DNA from: Eledone cirrhosa
Lineage: Eukaryota
Assembly: GCA_964016885.1 (NCBI GenBank)
Contig: OZ024750.1
Location: 7,192,001-7,256,000, forward strand
DNA length: 64,000 nt
Direction of reading: 5' to 3'
Made by a program: the position numbers and the translations under genes. Shown here one piece after another: positions 1-14,421 of this stretch (its first letter is position 1; each line of letters starts with the position of its first letter). The notes under the pieces were generated by a model. It saw only the letters and a list, made by a program, of their open reading frames with translations. It had not been told where the DNA came from and made no database searches.

Positions 1-494
1 ATCAAATATATATGTATATATATCAAATATATATGTATATATATATGTATATATATATCAAATATATATATATATCAAATATATATAAATATATATATAT
101 CTAATATATATGTATATATATCATCATCATATCAAATATATGTATATATGTGTATATATATATATATTTATATATATCAAATATATATATGTATATATAT
201 ATCATCATCATATCAAATATATGTATATATGTGTATATATATATATGTATATATATATATTGTCCCACCCTTGCAAGCAGGGAAAAAGTGGACGTAAAAT
301 GAAATGATGAAATGATATAGTGGTAGATCACTGGAAGGTAATATCCGTAGTGGTAGAACACTCAGTCCATGGGACGAGTTAGGTAGAAGTGGTTACACAA
401 CAGTTAGTTCACCTTAGCCATGTGCCTCCATTTTATATATATATATATAGTGACGAAACATAAGTCAATTGCATGAACTCATAATCCTTTATTT

Positions 495-550
495 ACTTCT
501 ATATATATTTCGATGATAGCCATTGAATGGCTATGACCTCATCAGGCAGT
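495..550 (-). ncRNA. Type I hammerhead ribozyme-like motif (sense to Slo1 pre-mRNA)
   Basis: ACTGC-CTGATGA-G GTC ATAGCCAT TCA ATGGCTAT CAT C-GAAA-TATATA-TA|GAAGT, followed by AATAAA. Intact core, G-C at the base of stem II, palindromic stem III, AUA site, stem I 4/5 paired. Confidence 0.7.
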
Positions 551-609
551 TAGTCAGTTCTTAGATATGCCAGCTCTGTGTTTATAGTGTTGATGGTATC
601 AGAGCCTTG

Positions 610-2654
<2,045 letters not shown>

Positions 2655-2885
2655 GAAGGCGCATGGCTTAGTGGTTAAAGCATTGGGCTTGCAACCGAAA
2701 GGTTGTGAGTTCAATTCTTAGACTGGGTGATGTGTTGTTTCCTTGAGCAAGACACTTTATTTCACATTGCTCCAGTTTACTCAGCCGTAGAAATGAGTAC
2801 CGGCCTGCCCACCCAGCCAGTGGAATGGCGTTATCTTATCGCTAAAACAGCCGATTGGCGCCCGACAGACTGGTCGGTCAAGGTG
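2655..2885 (+). mobile_element. tRNA-derived SINE, family B (GGCGCATGGCTTAGTGGTTA...CCTTGAGCAAGACACTTTATTTCAC)
   Basis: Pol III A box (TGGCTTAGTGG) and B box (GAGTTCAATTC). Related copies at ~13972-14365, ~32388-32730, ~35635-35965 and partial ~20275-20485. 3' parts in reverse at ~5355-5530 and ~57860-58210. Confidence 0.88.
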
Positions 2886-3402
2886 ATATATATATATCAA
2901 ATATATGTATTTATATGTTTATATATATATATATACATATATACAAAATATATATATATACATATAAACAAAATATATATATATATATATATACATATAT
3001 ATAAAATATATATATATATACATATATACAAAATATATATATATATACATATATATAAAAAAATATATATATATATATACATATATATAAAAAATATATA
3101 TATATACATATATATAAAATATATATATATATACATATATATAAAATATATATATATATACATATATATAAAATATATATATATATATATATAAATAAAA
3201 TATATATACATACATATATATAAAATATATATACATGTATATAAAATATATATATATATACATATAAAATATATCTATATATATATATATAAATAAATAA
3301 AATATATATACATACATACATATAAAATATATATACATATATATAAAATATATCTATATATACATATATATAAAATATATCTATATATATATATAAATAA
3401 GA

Positions 3403-3608
3403 CATCCAGAGTTGACATTGCACTCAGTGCTCCTTTGGGAGCCCCTACATGGACACACTAGAAGAGGAAGACCAAGGTTAACATATGTTGATGCCCTAAG
3501 GACAGACACTGGTCTGTTGGAGATGCAGGATATGGCAGCGATAATGAGGGACAGAGACCGCTGGAGAGAACTCGTCCATGGATCTCGGGAATTTTACCCG
3601 CCTTAGAT
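3403..3608 (+). mobile_element. LINE 3' fragment (LLWEPLHGHTRRGRPRLTYVD); inverted homologue at ~25640-25885
   Basis: ORF 3412..3606, RTE-type C-terminal motif, (TAGA)n tail. Confidence 0.8.
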
Positions 3609-4778
3609 AGATAGATATATAAATAAAATATATATACATACATATATATAATATACATATATATAAAATATATATATACTCTTTTACTCTTTTACCTGTT
3701 TCAGCCATCCGGCTGAGGCCATGCTGGGGCATATATATACATATATATAAAATATATGTATGTATACATATCTACACATACATACATATATGATTAGACT
3801 ACTATCTGTGTACAGAAGTAGCTCAAATTGAAGGAATTTGTTAAGCAGTGGATCTAAAATGTAAAGTCCCACTATTTCACACAACCAGGTATGAGTTATC
3901 ATCGGAGATCAGTGAGTACTGAATATTTACAATGATGCTCATTTCTGTATCATCAATATCAAAGAATTTCCTTCTATTACTTTTCTGAGAAAGTATGGAA
4001 AATTTCTTACTTAATATCACCTGAATACTAATAAATCCTGCAAACAACAAACTATGTATTATAGTTAGGCTGTACTAGAATCCATTAATGATAATATAGG
4101 ATTCCCTCTTTGAAATAACACTACATCGATAATTACTTGGAAAAATATAGAGGACAAAAGCTATTTTATGATTAAACTTTGCAGAGTTTTATCCTTCAAT
4201 TAAAAAAGCTTTTCTTCTAAATAGTGAAGAGTTTTGAAGAAGATTCTCTGCTGTTGATAGTACAGAAATCAACATCATTTTACATGCCCAGAAGTAACAG
4301 AAGTAACAGCTCTTCACATATAGTGTTAAACACAATAGTGACAATCTATTTGATGTTGGTATAGAGACCTATGAAGGGGCAGAGATATGTGACCTAGTAG
4401 GTCATTACATTATACTATCTATTTATCTATCTCTCTCTATATAAACATTACTTCTTAAAGAGGATGCCTCACATTCATTCACCTTCAGTTAATATAGACT
4501 TGGCCGGGGGGAGTTGATTTCATGATCAGACAGTATTCAACATTCATTAAGTGATTTGAATACAAAACACATATGTGTTATATATATACAATATATATGG
4601 AAAAAGAAGGGAGTCAATTATCAGATAGGACCAATTACTGATAGTGTCTGCTGGTCACATTCTTAGCAGAAGGAATGGGATATGAACATTTTTCTCAAGA
4701 ATACTACACTCCATCCAGTCGAAGAATCAAGCACACAACATTATGACCATGAGTCCAACACACCAACTACTAGTCCAC

Positions 4779-4814
<36 letters not shown>

Positions 4815-4860
4815 CCAGGTATACCTTGTATTATATATACATATATATTTACATATACAT

Positions 4861-4913
<53 letters not shown>

Positions 4914-7900
4914 GATAAATATACATAAATATATATACATATATATGTATAAATGATACATATGTGCATATGGCCTACTTATTGCTCTTTAGTATTTTTT
5001 CTACATTCTTGTAACTAATGGATTCTTGTGGTAACAAGCAAGGCAAATTAAGTGCACGCATTCTACTATTAGTGTGTCATCTTGCATTTACATAAATGAA
5101 GCATTACATCTGCACTGCACATACATTGTGCCACCATCCATACACCCACCATGAAGTGGTGGTATTTGGTGGGTGATAAAGATAGAAGAAATCTAGTCTA
5201 ATTAACATTAATCAATAACGATAGGTTCCGTTTGTGATCAATAATAGTATGTTCTATTTGTGATTAAGTTTGCTTCTTGTGAAATCAGTTTTAGTACAAA
5301 TGCACAAACATTGAAATTATATTCACTTTATGAAACAAGTGAGAGTAACTCTCATCATCACTGTTTTACGTCCGTTCTTCCACGCTAGCATGGGCTAGAC
5401 GGGTTGACCTTGTCTTGCTCATACGGGAATTGGTTCTGGCTTGATTTCTACAGCTGGATGCCCTTCCTAACACCAACCTCATTTACAGTGAGTGCTGGGA
5501 GCTTTTTTTCTGTGGCGCCTACATGTCCAATTTACAGTGTGGGCTGGGTATTTTTTTGCACCTCCATTGCACCTCCATGATCACTTTGCAGTGGGAGGGG
5601 GTGGGGCATATCGTCTATATGCTTCAGCTTGTTGGATTAAAACTATCTTCTACAGACTGTTCTCTTGTTGCATATTTTCAGTGTGGATACTATAAATATA
5701 TAGTCATCTGTGTTCCAGAAAACCCTTATTTATCAGAGTGTGTTTTCTAATATTCTAGAAAACCCTTAATTATCAGAGTGTGTTTTCTGGTGTTCCAGAA
5801 AAAACCCTTAATAATGGAAGGGAAAATATATGCTCACATTTTGTTTTCCCATAATCATAGGAATTCACATTTTATTAAGAAAGAACTATATATCATAATT
5901 ACAATGTGAGTATTTGTCAATGTTTGAATATGTTGGACCAATGCTGTATTCACCACTATTGTCTACATCACTAATAATTTCAAAAACACCTCTAATGACT
6001 TACAGAATCTCTTTGAAATGGTTAGTTGTATTGATTAATTCATCAGAAATAGTTTGATATGATAGAAAACATGCTAACACAATGCATAAATTTATAGAGA
6101 ATTTAAATAATATTAATAACTAAACCATTTTTATTCTTAACCACAGGCTTGATAATAGTTTTTTTTTTCTAATTAAAGAAAGATGCAAGTTATATCAAAC
6201 CTTGTAGCATTTTTTTTTGCTTAAGGATAATTTACTTGTGAAACATATTCTGTTATAACAATGCTTGAAACTAGTTAGTAAGAACATTTCTACTGAGATT
6301 TATTTTACTACTGTTGATTGAGTAAAAAAAAACAACATCATGGTATTATGATTCGGGCATAATTTATATTGTTCATCTTGAGTCACTCTCAGAATCTTTA
6401 AGTGGACAATGAGATGTTCTTAAAATAATCTGAGTGTCACTAGATTTAGGCTTATGTAGTAGACAAAGTGTTATTTTCTACTGCAACCTTGATAGGTATA
6501 TTGAAATAACACAAACATCTTAGCAAAGAAATACATATGAGAAGAAGAAAGGAGAACATTTTGACTGGTAAAATATTGTTAATATTAAATAGATATATAG
6601 AAAGATATATATAAAAAAAAAAAAGATACAGCATAAAATATATTATATAACAAAGCTAAGATCATCAACACTTACAAATAACAACAATCATATATAAACA
6701 GAATTAGATACAAAATTCTATGGATGAAAAAATGGAATAGTTACAAAATGCATATAGAATATTAAACATTATCCAAAGAATTATCTATTAAAAAGAAATA
6801 ATTGTTTCTATTTTTTTTTTTGGCACAACAGTAAAGGGCCATAACTCTACGCTGCAAAGCATGATGTCTGACGCTCTACCAATACTGCCAATCCATTAAA
6901 AGAAATAATATTGAACGTTTACTACTAAAGTTTGAATCTAAAAGAAACAATTACATTAATAATTTAATCAGTTAACACTTAGTTTGATTCTCTTCTGATC
7001 ATAACAAATTTAAAGTCCAAAGGGTAAAATAATAATTGTTTCTACTTTTGGCACAAGGCCAGCAATGATCACAGTACATTACTGGTGTTTTATTTTATCG
7101 ACTCCGTAAGGATGAAAGGCAAAGTTAATCTCAGCGGGATTTGAACTCTATGCGTCAAAGCATGGCGTCCGACCCTTTACTGATACTGCCAATCCAATGC
7201 CAGTGATACTGTACATGAACAAATTGATATCTGTCGTGTTGTAGGGGGAGGCTGCTAAATCTTTCTCATTTAGGGAGGTTATATTTTTTCCTCATAAAAC
7301 AATGGATATAAAACATGAATACAACTTTTTTCTTCCATCAAGAATGACAATTTCATAAAAAATGATTGCTTTATGTGATAGGAAAATTGTTCCAATAACA
7401 CAAGGGAAGAAATGAAATATCTATTAACTTCAAAACAGTTTTACAGAATTAAAACATAAAGGAAGAAATATTCATCATGTCAGCATTATTAGTTCTTTGA
7501 TAAGTTCACAGTTTATTTTGTCAAAGCTTCCAGGAGGTATACTCAGTTTTTCTTATAATATATTTGTACAGTTTTAGTTAAGCTATATTTAAAATAACAA
7601 CAAACAGTGTTTTGCTGAACTGTTGTTTATTGTGTGACAAACATTTACAAAGTGTAAGGAGCCACAATTTGTCCCCTAAAGACCAGGCCTTGTTAACTGC
7701 TTAACTGAAAGTCCCTTCACTGCTGACCAGGTCAATAACTGGTCTGCAGTAAAGTCCCTTCCATCCCCAAAGTCTAGGTTTTGTTAGCCATCTAACTGGG
7801 AGTCCCTTCACTGCTGACTAATAACTTCAGGTCTAATAACTGTCCCTAATATTTTTGTTATCATTATTGATGGCAATATCTAATTTATATTATTTTAGTT

Positions 7901-8001
7901 GATAAAGGTTCAAAATCTTTATCAATTATACTTTATTTGTTATGGGGTTTTTAACAACTTTTATACAATACACAGAGAATGTATTTCAAAGTTAATAATA
8001 C

Positions 8002-8028
8002 CTGAGGTTGCTGAACCTTATAAGAATA
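8002..8028 (-). CDS. slo: Candidate 27-nt phase-2 microexon (N)ILIRFSNL, with an internal acceptor giving a 9-nt form (8002-8010)
   Basis: tcctatctttctattctatcctatccttggtcgtag|TATTCTTATAAGGTTCAG CAACCTCAG|gtatta. Both lengths are multiples of 3 and open in the phase left by the 91-nt exon. Confidence 0.5.
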
Positions 8029-8578
8029 CTACGACCAAGGATAGGATAGAATAGAAAGATAGGATAAGATGGGATTATCTCCTTAATGTAGCTCAAAATT
8101 TTCATATCTGAGCTAACCACTTCCCTTGCATTTTACACTTTAATATTTTCATCTATAAAACCATAACTATACATAATATATATGTAGATGTGTGAAAAGA
8201 TATCATGTTTAAAAAGAACCGAATATGCAACAAAAGACAAGAATTTGTAACAATAATTTCTGAAATTTGTTTGCCCCAGGTTTCAGTATACTTTGTTAAA
8301 ATGATATAAAAAAAAAAAGAAACAGAGCAATATATGAAATAATCAGTATAATATCAATGTAGTAATAGTAAAAACTAGTAGTACCTAGTTATCTGATGGT
8401 TATCCCCACCTTATCCAAGTTAAGTCAACATACAAACACAGATACATACACATTTGCCAAACAGAATATAGACCAATGGTTAATAAACCTAACTATTGCC
8501 TTCTAGGCATAGTAGTTCTTTTGGTTATTTTGGAAATATAAGCTAATCTTCAGCATGAATTAGATATGTAAAGACATA

Positions 8579-8639
<61 letters not shown>

Positions 8640-8723
8640 CATACATATATACACACACATACATATATATATACATACATACGTTTTATATATATATATA
8701 CATATAAATATAATGAAGGAGGT

Positions 8724-8868
8724 GTGGTAAGGAACCAGATGGACTATAACGCACCAGAGTACTCAATACTTAGAGTAGTAGAGTGGGTAATAGGAAAATG
8801 TTTAACCCCGACGGCAGAGCTCAAGCCGTTTCGACGGCTTGAGCTCTGCTGTTGGGGTTAAACATTTT

Positions 8869-8873
<5 letters not shown>
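8724..8873. repeat. Short repeat family ending in a fold-back; copies at ~24508-24685 and ~27193-27316
   Basis: Shared TGTGGTAAGGAACCAGATGGAC...ACCAGAGTACTC...GAGTGGGTAATAGG. Inverted arms of ~40 bp (8790-8873) and ~50 bp (24575-24685). Confidence 0.85.
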
Positions 8874-8918
<45 letters not shown>

Positions 8919-9684
8919 TAGATATAGCTGTATGAGTGCATATGTGTGTGTATTCATAGTTGTGGTTTAGAAATATTTAAAAGGTGTAGATTGTTGAACC
9001 ATTCATCTGGTCCATATGAAGACATAATTTTGTACAAGAAGGACAAACATAGATATTTAAAACGATTTACACATTTGTAGAAATGAAAATATGAGAAAAA
9101 AGTTGGATTTAATCACATATAATAAAACATTTAACCATATATTTATAACAGGAATATAATTAAATATAATCTTTTGATAAAAAAACTATAAATAATAAAA
9201 CTTTTTCCAAAAAATTACTGATTTCCTTTATATATATATATATGTATATATATTTCCTTTTTTGTTGAAAACAAATATTTAAAAAAAATCTCCTAGATAT
9301 AAAGAAGAAATCATATACTTCAATAATGCATAATTAATTAAATAATTAATTAATTTGATAAAATGGAAAAAAGTATCCACCAATAAAGTAGGACAGAATG
9401 AAAACTTTAATTAATTCTTTTTCTTTCATTTAAGTGACAAATTAATTTTCAAAGAAAGAAAATTTGAAAAAGACATTTACAATGACAAATTAAAAAACAA
9501 GTTTAGTTTTGATTTATTATTCTCTGCAGAGCTGTTCTGCTAGATATATTAAAAATATTAAATGGAGCTGTACTGTTTCAGTCAATACTTTATATTGTTT
9601 CTTTAGAGTAGTTTATTTTAAGAACAGATATTTAATTAAGAAAAAGATATTAAAAACAGAAGAGGAAATGGTACACATTCTTAC

Positions 9685-9775
9685 TTTGAAATATTTGAAA
9701 TTTTCTTCATTTGTGACCCTGGACTAGCAGCAGCTTTATCTTTCTTGTTTGGCATGTTTGTCACCGATGATAGAA
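9685..9775 (-). CDS. slo: Slo1 linker exon (91 nt): (V)[29 protein letters not shown](K/N)
   Basis: Acceptor atttttaccatttcag, donor gtaaga, phase 1 to 2, open. Its phase and Lys/Ser/Pro-rich composition resemble the vertebrate exon [32 protein letters not shown]. Confidence 0.85.
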
Positions 9776-10689
9776 CTGAAATGGTAAAAATATACTACGT
9801 AGATATAAGTTTTTAATATAGGCCATATGGTAGTTGTAGTGCACCTGAGCACTGTACACAATGATTTTCATTATTATTTTTTTTAGTGGTAGATATCAGT
9901 TTTTAGTATAGGCCATAATATAGAACTGAAATGGTAAAGATATACTATGTAGGTATCAGTGTTTAATATAGGCCATTAGTTTCAGATTTACTATGTGATA
10001 TTCATACCTTTTTAAAAGTAATAATGCATAGAAAAAGGAAATTATCTCTCACTATGATACTTATTAATGCTGTTTACATTATATTTAAAATAAACCTTTT
10101 TTACAATCATTATATAAATGATTGTAAAAAAGGTTTATTTTAAATATAATGTAAACAGCATTAATAAGTATGTCTATTATGGCAGCAGCAATAATAATTG
10201 TCATCATAATTTAAATGACTGGCTACTTGGACAGGCAGTGAGTCTATGTCAGCATTCTATATAAAGTAAAACAAAGGGGAAATTGGGATGTTCATCAAAT
10301 ACTCAGACAACAGTGTATATCTCATAACATTTAAAAAAAATACGTGCACAGATTACAAGGATATGTTAAATATTGAAATGATATAGACTTATATTCATGA
10401 TTCTGAAATAAAATGAAGAAGCTGTTTTCTTCTATTTTTTAAAAATGTTTATTTTCTTAATCTTTGTTATAAATTTTATTTTACACAAAAAACCCTACAC
10501 TGTATAGTCCTGTACCATTTTTAATGTTTCCTTAATGTGAGCCCTGTGTGGCTAATAATGAAATTATCATTATTATTATTTTTTTAATTATTTTCTTTTG
10601 ATATCTGTATATTCACATACACCTCACCAGGCCTCAACAAGGGGCCCTGAGTAGATGACAACACATTTTTCCAGCACCATAGATAACTG

Positions 10690-10725
<36 letters not shown>

Positions 10726-12613
10726 TTTTTTTTTTAAATTTTATTTATCTTGCTTTATGATCATACGAGTTATCACCAAGTCACAATCAGTGACCTCAAG
10801 AGACAACAAGGTCTGCCATGTTCAAGAAAGAACACATACACACATACATCTATCTTTAGGTGTTTAGATTTGTGATGTATTTAAATTGACAGATTCTTCC
10901 TTAGTATATGGGCAGTTCCCATTAATATTATATTTTGTATTATTATTATTAGTACTATCTTTTGTATTATTATTATTATTACCCCCCCCCCCCCCCTGTT
11001 TAAAAACAAAACACATATTTGCCGCAATGTATCATTAAGACAAGAAATGTAACGTTGATTGAATAAACACATAAACTAAAGATTGAATATAAACACTTTT
11101 ATATATCATAAATCTGATAGAATATTCATGTCCAATAATGGACAAAAAAAATCTATAAATCAGATAAAACTGAATGAATTTTAGATTTTAATCTTATTTG
11201 AATTACATTCAATAGATTTAATTTTTATTTCAGCAGTTTTATGAAAACAATAACAATAAAAAATGTATTGTTTAAAATAACATTTCTGAGTACATATTTC
11301 ATTTCTCCAATTCTGAAATCAATGATTTAATAAACTAATGAGTGAGCCTCTTTGTGATTGTTTGAGCAAGAAATAGCAGTTAAATCTCCCTTAACCCTGT
11401 AGCATTTAAACTGACCATATCCGGTCATAATTCTCTCACCCCAATCTGATCAAACCAGCCATAACCGCTTGCTCATATTTATGTTAAGGTATAGTTCTAA
11501 AAATAAATAATATCAAAATTCCATTGATTCGATATTATGTGAGGTAATTATGTGAGATAAAGCCTTTACTTTTAAAATATAATAGTAAATATAGAGTAAT
11601 GTAATGCTAAAGAGTTAAATCACATTCTATCATCTTAAATAAGGATGAAGACATTAAATAATATAGTCTTAGATATTATTAAGTTCAGAAAAATAAAATA
11701 TTGAGATGAATGACTTGAATGTCTTTGATCATTGGCCCTGGACTTTGGTTAAACAACAGCAATCAATACATCAATAATTTATTAATTTCATGTCAATATC
11801 ATAAGTTTAGTCTATTGATAATTGCTTGATAATAATTAAGAATATTCATTAATGATTGATTTAGCCGAATTAACCTTGAAACTTAATTATAAATACTATT
11901 TATGATATGTTAGTCTCATTCTCAGAAGCACTAGCAACATAAATGAAGCGAAATAACAACAACTGGGAATTGAATATTGACTTGATTTGCTCGAAGCTCA
12001 CTACTTTGTCTAGGATGATTAGTTTTACTTAAAAAAAATAAAGAATTATCAACAACAGTAGAAGCAATTTTAAGTAAATATTGATTATCTCGATTGTAAT
12101 ATTGACTCTAGATCAATGGTTCTTAACCTTTTTCTATTACAGCACCCCTTGAGATTTTGAAATTCCACCCCACATCCCTATACCAAGTACATAAGACAAA
12201 AGAACTTGAATTTTCAGGTCAAATCATCAGCTACTTAGCTGCTACTAGTGTTAATCAATAGAGTACATAGCTCAGAGAGCTACTTCATTTTATCAATATC
12301 AGAAGGATGAAATGTAAAATGGACCTTGGTAGGTTTTGAACTTAGAATGTAAAGAGTCGAACAAGTACTGCAAAGTAATTGTTCTGATGCTCTAATGTCA
12401 CTACCTGGCAAAATAATAAGTTAATAACATTTACCTGTCAGTAATTGCTGAAATAGGTTTGACATAATTTTGAGGTAATAAAATAAAAAAATAAATGACA
12501 ATAATATACTGTAGAGATATAAAAATAAACTAGCTTTCTAAGCATGCTTCGTGTGAAGGTATTGGAAACTAATACAAAATCAATAATACAAAGTGAAAAA
12601 ATTGAAGATGAGC

Positions 12614-12646
<33 letters not shown>

Positions 12647-13700
12647 TATATACACATATATATACACATATATATACATATACACACATATATATACATA
12701 TCGATAAAATCAATGATATATAGTGTGATATATGTGATGGAATATATTAGAATGGGAACAATGTTTCATGCTCATGCTGTTTATCTTATAGAGAACATTT
12801 ACAGTAATAAAGTATACAATAGAATGAATGGACATCTAAATATTTAGTCAATTCAGAAACAGTCATATATACAATGGCAAGACATGTACAGACATATAGA
12901 CATAGACATGTCATATATACAAAAGCAAGACATGTGCACACACAAACACACATATATACACACAGACAAGCACACACACATATTCACACATATATACACA
13001 CATACAAGCACACACACATATTCACACATATATACACACAGACAAGCACACACACATATTCACACATATATACACACAGACAAGCACACACACACATATT
13101 CACACATATATACACAGACAAGCACACACACATATTCACACACATATATACACACAGACAAGCACACACATATATACACACAGACAAGCACACACACATA
13201 TTCACACACATATATACACACAGGCAAGCACACACACATATTCATACATATATATACACACAGACAAACACACACATATATACACGGACAAACACATACA
13301 CATATATATTCACACACATACACATGTCAAAAAACAGAGTTGAAGGAATCTGGTGATGGTTAAAAATATATAGTGATGTATATGAAAGAAAGAGAAATGT
13401 TAAGCATAAATTTGATGATATAAAATATCTGTTTGCTTTTAGAACTGTTGAGTTATCTCTCTCTCTGTATACACACACACACACATATATATATACACAC
13501 ATATACACACACGCACACTCATATATATATATACATATATACATATTCATATATATATTCTTTAGCCTTTGCTCGCACCAACCAGAGGTATATGGTCTTT
13601 AAAGCGATGAAATACCAATGAAGGCTGGAAGATGACTGATGAAGGACTAAATTTATTCATATGTAACCCATTTGCAACCACGCAGCATGCCATGTTTTCA

Positions 13701-13763
<63 letters not shown>

Positions 13764-14365
13764 AAATATTTGTTTTTTTTTCTTTGTTCAAACTATGCTG
13801 TAAAATGGAGGGGTAGAGAGGGCCCATGGGTCCAGTAAGACATCCTCTCTAGTGCTGGTGACATGAATAAAAGCACCCAGTCCATGCTGTAAAGTGGCAC
13901 TGGTGTTAGGAAGGGCATCCAACCAGTCTATCAATGCCAAAACAATTATTATTTAATTATGATATATATATGAAGGCACATGGCTTAGTGGTTAGAGCAT
14001 TGGGCTTGCAATCGAAAGGTTGTGAGTTCAATTCTCGGACCGGGTGATGTGTTGTTTCCTTGAGCAAGACACTTTATTTCACATTGCTCCAGTTTACTCA
14101 GCTGTAGAAATGAGATGATAAGACTGGAGTCCCTATCATTCCACTGTAAAGTGGTCGTGGAGGTGCCACGGCAAAAAAAGCACCCAGCACTCACTGTAAA
14201 TGAGGTTGGTGTTAGGAAGGGCATCCAGCTGTAGAAATCAAGCCAGAATCGGTTCCCGTATGAGCAAGGCAAGGTCAGCCGACCGGACACTGCCCGCAAC
14301 AGGACAACCCGTCTAACCCATGCTAGCGTGGAAGAACGGACGTAAAACAGTGATGATGATGATGA

Positions 14366-14421
<56 letters not shown>

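Noticed and set aside
2655-2730. tRNA-like A/B boxes
   Set aside because: These are heads of multi-copy SINEs continuing into SINE core sequence. No complete cloverleaf.
4690-4780. Minus-strand DSSTGW resembling the RCK2 start (DSTGMFHW)
   Set aside because: No MFHWC, no convincing splice sites, and it is flanked by TA tracts. The true exon appears to lie beyond position 1.
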